Below are positions 10,187 through 18,773 of a DNA stretch of 33,888 bases, one piece after another; within the stretch, counting starts at the first letter, position 1; each line of letters opens with the position of its first letter. A model generated the notes under the pieces. The model was not told the origin of the DNA. It saw only the letters and a program-made list of their open reading frames with translations, and made no database searches. The DNA lies in contig CAVZRV010000023.1 of assembly GCA_963777605.1 (NCBI GenBank), forward strand, positions 1-33,888. The letters are read 5' to 3'. The DNA comes from an uncultured Acidobacteriota bacterium. GTDB lineage: Bacteria > Acidobacteriota > UBA6911 > RPQK01 > JAPXNP01. Made by a program: the position numbers and the translations under genes.

Positions 10187-12734
10187 TTAGTCGCGGTGTG
10201 CGATCCGAAGATTGCGGGGGGGGCCGGGTTGTGGTGTGCCACCGGTATCCTGGCCGGGCTTGAGCTTGAAGGCCACGTCGCCGGCCAGATCCCGGATCTG
10301 AATCAGCAGGTTGCCCTCCGAATCGGTGACGATTTCGGACTCGGAGACGGGCCCGACAGGTTCCTGGTACCTGTAGGGATCCCACCGTTCCAGTCGGTAT
10401 GAAGAGTCCGGAGCAAAACCGCCAATGACTACAGTCCCCGAGGTGGGGGAAATGGAACTCCCGCCAAGCGCGTTTTTCCAGGTATGGGAACGGTTCTGAA
10501 TCCAGAAATGGGCCCGGCTTCCCCCTGGGTCTTTCTGGCCGATCACCCGCAGGCCGGGATTGGAAACGGCGGCGCGCAAATCCTGGTAAGAGCCGTTGTT
10601 TAGCGGCAGGTCATCGAGAAACCGAGCGAAGCTCCGGTAGATCTCGTGAAGGCCCTTGAGTCCGTCTGGGCCGGGCTGGTTCTCCCGGTTGTCCGACCAC
10701 CAGTACAGCTCGTAGAGGGCTCCCGGGTCGAGTGATGACCAGAGGAAGTTGTGAAGCCAGATGCCCTGCCGGTCTTGTGACAGGGCGGGGTTTTCCTTCT
10801 GCTCCGAGAGGAAATCGAGTCCTGCCTCACCACGGACAATCGGCTTGCCCGCGAGGTGGGCAGATGAAGCGGCCGAATCGACCAGAATGCGCGGACGCAC
10901 TGCTGTAGGCCAGGTGGTAGCCGGCTGCATCGGACTCCAGGGCGGCGTCCCGGATCCAACCGGTGCTGACGTAAGCATGAACGTCAACGTAGTCGATGTT
11001 GGGATAGCGCGGATTTTCCCAGACCTGCTGGGCGGGAAGGGAGTGCCAGAAAGAGGTGGTCACCAGGTGATCGTTGGGGTGGTCATACGTGCACTTCGCG
11101 CTGTCGCCGGTTCCAACCGCTCGACCAAAGACCCGGCAATGCATGTACTTGCCGAATTCATCCGCCAGAATGTAATGCTGATCGCTGTAGGGGTCCCCTT
11201 CATTGAGCAGTTCCCAGGAGTGGATCGAAGGGGAGTACCCCCAACGGGCCTGAAGGTAGCGCCACCATGCCTGTTGAAGCCAGCGTACCTTGCCGACCTC
11301 CCGTCCGCGCCCGAAGAAGAAGGCGTCGTTGTCCTGGGCGAAGTTACCGTCGAAATCGATCTTCTTGGAGATGACCTCGCCCTTTTCGAGGATGACCACC
11401 TTCAGGTACACCCCGTTGCGTTCGGCCATCTCGACGAGGCGGTCGAGGTGATGAGAGTTGTGTTGCTGAAAGTAGTTCTGATGCTCCATCGACGGTTTGT
11501 GGAGAATTTCAGGCCCAAAATGTCCGCCCCCCAGGTCTTCGCGCATGGAAATGGTGTCGATGTAGACCTGGCCCGCGAGGACGTTTTCCAGCGTCAGAAA
11601 GAACTTGGGGAGAAAGTTGTTCGTTCCCGAAAACCATTGTCCGGTGATTGTCCCCCAGGAGGATGGCGTATTCCCGCCATAGCCGGTGACGGCGGAGCCG
11701 GTCCCGGCGTCGAATGCCCGGGAGTAGTTCTGCCAGGCGACGTCGGTCTTGACGACCAGCCCATAGTTTTGGTGTCCCGTGTCTCTCGGTCCGGTGATTC
11801 CAAAGCCACGGTAGCGGACTTCCACCCGGTAGGTGGTGTTCGGTTTGACCTCCGTTGGAGTTCCCCAGTATCCGATCACCCGGCAGGCATCGAACCAGCT
11901 GGTGTTGCCGTCCGGCTTGTAGTCGAGACGCATCTTGATCGAGGTCTTCCCCTCGACTTCATCCTCAAAAGGAAGGACACCGGGGCGTGGAACGTAGCCC
12001 AGGTACTGGTTCCGGATCTCGTAATAGGGGTTCCACTGCGATCCGAAAATCGATTCGGGCGTCCACCACATGCGGAGAAACTGGATCCCGTTGGCGGCCA
12101 TCTTCTGAAAGTCTGCTTCGGTCAGTTCGGCGGCGGCCTGGTAACCGAGGCCCAGGAAGGGAGTCCCGTTGTCAAATTCGAAATAGCGGGAATCGGTCCG
12201 GCTCACTCCGACAAAGCCCGGGGACGAAGACTCCGCAACCTCAAATGTTTGGGGCGTGGACTCGACGGTGCCCCCCGCGTCGTGGGCTCTCAATCGAAAC
12301 GCCCAGGTTCCCGCACGGTTGGGCGCAAAGCGGACTTTCCAGCTGTACTGCCCGGTAGGGTAGTGCCAGGGCTTCCCGTCGCGGACTTCGTCTACGAAGG
12401 ATTCGTGCAGGAAGGCAGGCTGGACGTAGACGGTCGCCCAGTTGTCCGGGCTGAAGAGGCCGTCGACCGAGATCCCCGTTGCCGACGGAATACCGTTGGG
12501 AGGGGCAGAGTCGTAGGGCCACTGGAGATTCTCGGCTACCGTGGAGCCGACCTGAAAAGTGGCTTCGAAGCGCCCAAACTTCGAGATCCTGGTCGGGTGA
12601 CTGATCGAACTGATTTCCGGAGCTCCCTGGGCAAAGGAAAGGCAAAGCAGGAACGCTGTCAGGACGATTCCAGAGGTTCGATTCCTCCCGGGAGAACCCG
12701 GTGGGATGTGGTGCGTCGAACTTCCCTGTTTCAT
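10187..12734 (-). CDS. Secreted clan GH-A (GH5-like) glycoside hydrolase with N-terminal DUF5060-like Ig domain; one frameshift near 10860-10905
   Basis: Hydrophobic signal-like stretch, WKVRFAP..GTW.FRL, YFEFDNGTPFLGLG, RYLQARWGYSPSIHSWELLNE (acid/base Glu) in ORF 10827..12734; KPIVRGEAG (nucleophile Glu) continues in overlapping ORF 10187..10987. Confidence 0.75.
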
Positions 12735-12800
12735 CGTTATTTCTCCGCCGCAACCCGGCGCGTGTCAAAGCCGGGCGCCCTCGACGACGTCATCCTGGGC

Positions 12801-14987
12801 TCAGTTTTCCCCTGTCACGCGAAGATGCTGCGGGTTCTCCGGAGCCGCGCCGCCGCTCAACTCGAAGTCGAGGTAGTTAATGTCGAAGCCGCCGGTCTCG
12901 AATTTCAACGTCAAATCATGTTGACCCTTCGAAAGCGAGACTCCTTCGACCGTAATGTCGCTGAACTGCTCCCAGCCTCCGGTAAAGGCCGGACTCAAGG
13001 TGGCTGTCGAATTGCCGTCGATCATGACGGTTACCTTCTTCGAGCTGGTGTTGTCGAGCGAAGCGACTCTTGCCGTAATATCGTACGTGCCGGAGGTCTG
13101 GGCGTCGATCACAAAACGCGCTTCGGCTCCGGGAGCGATCCCTCCGATCTTCAGTCCTCCCCCACTGTCTCCGGTCACGGTGACCTGAAAACTGCCTGCG
13201 GAGGCGGAATACTGTTCGACCTCCAGCCTGCCGGGGAGCAGGATTCGGTCGGGAACGATCCGCGATATCCCGGACAGGTAGACCGTCGGAGGGAACGGGA
13301 AAGGCGGGGCTCCAACGCTCGTGAATGCCAGGTCGCCGGTTTGGGGCGTGCCGGTACCAGGAGAAAACGAGACGCGTACCGTACAGCTCTGGGATGCGCC
13401 GAGGGAAAACGGAAAACCCGGACAGGTTCCCGTCGCTACCGAAAATGCAGATCCGCTACCCGAAGCAAAGGAGTCTCCGGTGACCGTAATGGAGGCATTT
13501 CCAATGTTCTTCAGGACCACTTCCCGGGTTGCGGGCGCGGTGCCTTCAACGACGCCAAACGGCAGGTAGACGGGAGAGACGGCAAGGGAACCCTTGTTCG
13601 GTGGAGTGATTGGAGCCACCTGCTCGGGGATAATTCGCGCGATGAGATTGGTCACCGAAACGCCGATTTCAGCGCGAATGCGGTCTTCCATCGGCCAAGG
13701 CCAAAGCGACTGGGCGTCCGAGCCGTCCGAGCCGTCCTTGAGAACGCCTTCAACGTATCGGTGCCTCAGGCGGGCCCCTTCGCCCGTAAGGGAAGGGCTG
13801 GAACGGTCCCACTGATCCTTGATCACCTCGACGTGGCTTGCCGTTACCGAATCCAGTTGGGCCAGTTCAGCCGGGCGGGCGTCGGCTCCGTTGTAGCCAT
13901 GGCCGTTGTCGAAGAAGGTCGCCCGATTGATTCGGTTGTTGGTGGCGGTTTCGCCGAAGTCCGCCGAACGAATATTGATTTCCACTCCCAGCCCGGCGTT
14001 TTGGGTGGCCAGAACGTCCTGGAGCAGGTTGTCCCTGAATTCACCGCTTGCACGTATCGTGAACCCGTTTCTGGAAGACCAACCCGGATCGGATACTGAG
14101 CTTGCCGGTGCAACACTGGATGGCTGAGGCCGAATCGATCCCCAGTCAAAGAGGTTCCCGAGTTGATCAGTCCCTCCGCTGATCGAAATCGACCCCAGGA
14201 TCTGGTTCCCTTCGACCAGGGTGTTCTGACTCAGGAGTCCGATCGAATCGAAATGACCGACCGAGATCACGTTCTCAAAGCTGTTGAAGGAGCCGTTGTA
14301 GACCTCGACTCCGTCTCCCCAGGGCCAATGGTCGTGCCACTGCCTGCCGTCCCACCGGCGCCAGAATGCAAAACAGCGCCGGTAAGTGTTGTCGTGCCCG
14401 TGGAAGATCTCGAACATCTTTCGACCACTTCCTGAGGCGACGGCGTCTTCGACCAGGTTGTAGTTGCCGATAATGCCGATTACGTGGCTGTTGCCGTTGG
14501 TGTTGGCGTTGTACCCGGAGATTCGTCGAAATACGTTGTGATTGCCCGAGATCTGCCAGACCCAATCCTTGCTGTTGGCGGCCACGATCCCTTCAATGAC
14601 ATAGTAGTCGCCGACCGGATTCTCACCCTGCTCTCCTTCCCAGGTGTCCCCGATCTTGACCGGGAGAAGATCCCCGGTCCCGTCGCCGTTGAGATCCCCG
14701 TCGATCAGGACACGGCCGTCGTTTTCGGCCTGGATGGTAATCGGATTCCCGGCCCGGCCGTTGCGGCGCTTCGGATTGAGGGACTGTCGGTAAACACCGT
14801 CCTCGAGGATAAGAACGTCGCCCGGATAGAGGGATTGCCAGGCTCTGTTGAAGCTAGCCCAGGGCGCAGAGCGCGTCCCCGGGTTGGTATCCAGCCCGGC
14901 CGGGGACAGGTAGTAGGTGTTTCCCCAGGCCCCGCTGGAAAGACAGCATTGAATGATCGCGAAAACGAGTAAAAAACTTCTGGACAT
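12801..14987 (-). CDS. Secreted modular protein: right-handed beta-helix (pectate-lyase-like), Ig-like (ASH/choice-of-anchor-D-like) domain and CBM6-like domain
   Basis: Signal peptide; TYYLSPAGLDTNPGTRSAPWASF..A...L.PGD start typical of beta-helix proteins; LPFG...VVLKNIGNA...GASQSCTVRVSFSP; LPGRLEVEQY...GTYDITARVAS...TGGWEQF...GQHDLTLKF..GGFDINYLDF. Confidence 0.8.
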   Translation of the reverse strand: MSRSFLLVFAIIQCCLSSGAWGNTYYLSPAGLDTNPGTRSAPWASFNRAWQSLYPGDVLILEDGVYRQSLNPKRRNGRAGNPITIQAENDGRVLIDGDLNGDGTGDLLPVKIGDTWEGEQGENPVGDYYVIEGIVAANSKDWVWQISGNHNVFRRISGYNANTNGNSHVIGIIGNYNLVEDAVASGSGRKMFEIFHGHDNTYRRCFAFWRRWDGRQWHDHWPWGDGVEVYNGSFNSFENVISVGHFDSIGLLSQNTLVEGNQILGSISISGGTDQLGNLFDWGSIRPQPSSVAPASSVSDPGWSSRNGFTIRASGEFRDNLLQDVLATQNAGLGVEINIRSADFGETATNNRINRATFFDNGHGYNGADARPAELAQLDSVTASHVEVIKDQWDRSSPSLTGEGARLRHRYVEGVLKDGSDGSDAQSLWPWPMEDRIRAEIGVSVTNLIARIIPEQVAPITPPNKGSLAVSPVYLPFGVVEGTAPATREVVLKNIGNASITVTGDSFASGSGSAFSVATGTCPGFPFSLGASQSCTVRVSFSPGTGTPQTGDLAFTSVGAPPFPFPPTVYLSGISRIVPDRILLPGRLEVEQYSASAGSFQVTVTGDSGGGLKIGGIAPGAEARFVIDAQTSGTYDITARVASLDNTSSKKVTVMIDGNSTATLSPAFTGGWEQFSDITVEGVSLSKGQHDLTLKFETGGFDINYLDFELSGGAAPENPQHLRVTGEN

Positions 14988-15083
14988 GGGACGTTATCTG
15001 GAGATCTCCTCTCGGATCGAACCAGCCTCGATCGTAGCACATCGATCTCAGTGGAAAGGTGACCGGTAGCACAGCTGACCTCG

Positions 15084-15100
15084 TGTCGGTAAACGTTACG
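15084..15100. promoter_or_regulatory. Putative PrsR enhancer box
   Basis: TGTCGGTAAACGTTACG, 3 mismatches to the 26847 copy; about 85 bp upstream of a sigma54 site. Confidence 0.65.
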
Positions 15101-15185
15101 AATCCCGAAACTCCTCCCTTCGCCAAGGCCGCGGTTGGTTGGCTTAACGTCTGTTTATGCAACAATTTAAAATCGTTCAATTGTG

Positions 15186-15201
15186 TGGTATGGGAGTTGC
15201 T
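15186..15201 (+). promoter_or_regulatory. Sigma54 -24/-12 promoter
   Basis: TGGTATGGGAGTTGCT (GG-N10-GC), 2 mismatches from the site at 31898-31913. Confidence 0.75.
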
Positions 15202-15394
15202 TGCCTGAACGACCGTTGGAACCATTCAGCCGGGAATTCAACGACCGGTGGAACTGAAAGCCCGGGTTCGCCGTCCTTATTGCCCAAAGCTGACAGCAGT
15301 TTCAGCAATGATGCTGTTTTGTCGGCGTAACACGGCGCAGCATAGGGCTCGCCGACGCGCGTGGTTAATCAGGCGAGTTCCAGAGGTGTTCATT

Positions 15395-16371
15395 ATGATC
15401 ATCACACAGACACCCCTTCGGGTCAGTTTTTTTGGTGGAGGCACGGACTTTCGAGAGTTCTTCCGCCAGGAGGAAGGCTGTGTCCTTTCGAGCGCAATCG
15501 ATCGCTACATTTTCGTCATCATCAAGGAACGATTCGATGACAAAATTAGAGTTGGATACACCAAGACCGAACTGGTGGACGACCCGAGCCAACTCGAGCA
15601 TGAACTGGTTCGAGAATGTCTCCTGAAGACCGGGATTCGGAAGCGGGTCGAAATTTCGACCATGGGAGACATCCCGGCAGCGGGATCCGGCATGGGTTCT
15701 TCGAGCACGGTGACGGTCGGATTACTGAATGCCATGTATCTCTACCAGGGGATTGTCAAAGATTCGGTCACTCTGGCCAGGGAAGCCTGCGAGATCGAGA
15801 TCGATGTTCTGCAGAAGCCCATCGGAGAGCAGGATCAGTATATTGCCGCATTCGGGGGCAGCGGTTCATCCGTTTCGGTCGCGATGGTACGGTCGACGTC
15901 TCCCCGGTGATTTTCGATGGACAAAATCAGCGCAAGCTTACCGAGAATTTGATGCTCTTCTTCACGAACACCACACGCCGGTCCGAGACGGTACTCTATG
16001 AACAGGTCAGCCGGTTGAACGGCCAATTGCCGCTGCTCCGAGAACTGAAGAATCTGGCGTCTGTGGGGCGCGAGCTCCTTTTAGCGGGTGAGTTGGACGA
16101 ATTTGGCAGCCTTCTCGACACCAGCTGGAAGATCAAGAAGCAACTGGCCAGCCGAGTCTCCAACAGTCAGATTGATGAAATGTACTCTGCTGCCCGGCGA
16201 GCTGGAGCGCTCGGTGGTAAAATTGCGGGAGCGGGTGGAGGCGGTTTCCTGCTTTTTTATTGTCCGCGTCATCGGCAGGATGACGTTCGGTTAGCGCTTC
16301 GCGCTCTTCCTGAAATGCCGTTCCGCCTTGAACGAGACGGTAGCAAGGTAATCTTCAACTACCGTCGCTAA
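15395..16371 (+). CDS. hddA: GHMP sugar kinase, D-glycero-alpha-D-manno-heptose-7-phosphate kinase-like; frameshift at G-run 15854-15858
   Basis: [44 protein letters not shown]; one extra G gives FGGQRFI and joins the frame with [16 protein letters not shown]. Confidence 0.8.
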
Positions 16372-16447
16372 GTGAACGAAATGATGGGTCTTGATAGGTA
16401 CCGCCCACTCGAAAAGTGGAACAGCAGCAATCGAAGGGAACAATCCA

Positions 16448-17524
16448 GTGATTAGGCGCAAAGTGTTGGCGTCTCTTGTCTTCTCTTTGGGGATTCTTGT
16501 TTCGGCCCAGACGCAACTTTATCCCCAGGGAAGCGATTACATGGGATATCCGTACAATTACGACAGTTTGAAAGGGAGAATTGTCGACGACCGGCAGCTT
16601 CGGTTCCTTAGGCTTCCGGGTACTTCGGAAGATTACAGGATCGGCCCGGGAGACGTATTGGAGGTTCATGTCGTTGGACTGGAGGAATTATCCAGAAGCT
16701 CAAAGTCAGCAACTCTGGGAGCGTCTCCCTCCCCTTCCTGGGCACGCTCGAGGTTTCCGGCAAGACCGCGATCGAGCTGGAAAGCGAGATTTCGGGGAGA
16801 CTCGTGGAAGCTGACCTGATCAAGGATCCCGAAGTACTCGTGTATATTGCCGAATATCGGGCCAAGCCCATTTACATACTGGGTCAGGTGGACCGTCCGG
16901 GCCAGTACATAATGTCCCAACAGTTGACCCTGATGGATGCCATTCTCCTGGCCGGGGGACTGGATTTCACAGCGGGTCGGTATGGTTACCTGCACCGGTT
17001 GATTTCGGAGGCAGATGATTCGGAAGAAGCGGCGCCGGCGGTTATCAAAGGTGGAGGGGCTATCGGAGCACCTCAGACCACGGTGACTCGCATTGACCTG
17101 CAACCCGCCAAGGAAGGGGGGGTCATTTCCCCTAATCCGGACATGCGTCGTGGTGACACTTTCTTTGTCCCCGAGCGGAAGGTCGAGACCTTCTTCGTTG
17201 TGGGCGACGTGTTGAATGCGGGATCTTTCGAGATCCCGGCTGAGAATAAAATCAAGGTCGCGCAGGCCATATCCCAGGCGGGGGGACCGTCCAAAACCGC
17301 GAAACTCAGTGAAGGTCTTCTGGTGCGGTATGACAAGGCGGGCTCTCGAAAGGAAATGGCAGTTGATTCTGGGGCGATCCTTCGGGGAGACCAGCCTGAC
17401 ATTTTTGTTCAGGCCAATGACGTGATCTTCATCCCCGGGAGCAACGCCAAGACCGTGGGATACGGGTTGCTGAATGTCGTCCGGGATTATACAGAGCGCC
17501 ATCATCTACGGTCCCATCCGATAA
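16448..17524 (+). CDS. Polysaccharide export protein (Poly_export plus two SLBB domains, Wza-like) paralog 1; indels near 16692 and 17481
   Basis: DYRIGPGDVLEVHV, then after frame correction KVSNSGSVSLPFLG..., PIYILGQVDRPGQY, FFVVGDV..AG, NDVIFIP. The corrected C-terminus IIQSAIIYGPIR-stop(17524) aligns with the end of paralog 2. Confidence 0.78.
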
Positions 17525-17541
17525 ATCGAAACCGAGGCGAC

Positions 17542-18577
17542 ATGGCAATTGGCTGGAAATCGATTTTCGCAGCTGCGATCCTTATTTTCGCAGTGTCACT
17601 TGGACTCCATGCTCAGGCGACTTCATCAGCCAAGGATTCCTCAGGGCAGGAGCCTTCGCCCGATTACCGAATCGGGCCAGGCGATCTGCTTTCGTTGGAG
17701 GTACTTGGCCTGGACGAGTTCAAGCAGGAGACCCGCGTGAGCAACTCCGGAAGGATCCATGTCCCGTACCTCGGCCTGTTGGACGTGAATGGCTTGAGTC
17801 CGAGAGAACTCGAATCGGAAATTGGACGCCGTCTGGAGAGAAAAGCAACTCGTTCGCGATCCAAGAGTCCACGTTTTTATTCAGGAATATCGGGGTCAGC
17901 CCGTTTATTGCCTTGGTGAAGTGATGATGCCCGGGCAGTTCGTCATTATGGATAAACAAATGACGCTGATGGATCTCCTCACCATGGCGGGTGGCGTCAA
18001 TGATGTTGCCAGTGACACGGCCTACGTCTATCGACGGAGCACGGAGAACCGGAGTGAAGACCCTGCAACGGCGCCCAGTTCCCCCGGGTCGGATGGCAGT
18101 GGCGGTGTGGGTTCTTCCGGAGGCTACGAAGTTATTGCTGTCGATATCAATGCCCTTCGGGAAGGGACTCGAATCGAACTCAATCTGGCCTTGAAGGGCG
18201 GCGACGTATTCTACGTCCCGGAGCGAAAGAGGGAGTTCTTTTACGTTGTCGGGGATGTTGGACATCCAGGCGCCTACGAGATTCCGCAGGGAGAACAGCT
18301 CCTTGCGAGCCAGGCCATTTCCTATGCAGGCGGTCCCATTCGAACGGCAAAGATGGGCGATGGAATATTGGTGCGACAGGTTGCGTCTGGAAGTCGCGAG
18401 GAACTGAAGGTCGATTTTGCGGCGATCCTGAAAGGGAAGGCGCCTGACTTTCCAGTTCGAGCTGAAGACCTGATCTTCGTTCCGGGCAGTACTGCCAAGA
18501 CGATTGGTTACGGCCTCCTGGGAATCATTCCCGGTCTGGCCCAGAACGCCGTGGTCTATGGACCCCAAAGGCACTGA
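17542..18577 (+). CDS. Polysaccharide export protein (Poly_export plus two SLBB domains, Wza-like) paralog 2; indel near 17835
   Basis: GAGG RBS, signal peptide MAIGWKSIFAAAILIFAVSLGLHA, DYRIGPGDLL, RVSNSGRIHVPYLG, PVYCLGEVMMPGQF, FYVVGDVGHPGAY, EDLIFVP. Confidence 0.8.
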
Positions 18578-18773
18578 GCAGTCTTCGTGCTCGGATCAGG
18601 CGGACAATCGGCCGAATTCCAAGTCGAATACACAGGTCCGAATAACTCGCGGGGCTTTGTCTCTTTGGGACCAGCCACGAGCCTGATGGGACCGTTTCAA
18701 GATACCTTTTGTCGGTCAGATCAAGGCAACTGGGGCCCTCAAACGTTCCTGCAGAAATTGAGATGGAGTAACG

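Noticed and set aside
10761-14099. 1112-aa plus-strand ORF
   Set aside because: Antisense shadow of two well-supported minus-strand genes; no recognisable motifs; long stop-free antisense frames are common in GC-rich coding DNA.
15854-15858. Phase-variable poly-G in hddA
   Set aside because: A run of only 5-6 G is short for a contingency tract, and similar indels occur throughout the window.
16804-17919. 371-aa ORF that looks like an SLBB protein fused to a second export protein
   Set aside because: Artefact of the indel near 17481; an internal RBS, ATG and signal peptide at 17542 and the paralogous C-terminus ending at 17524 show two genes.
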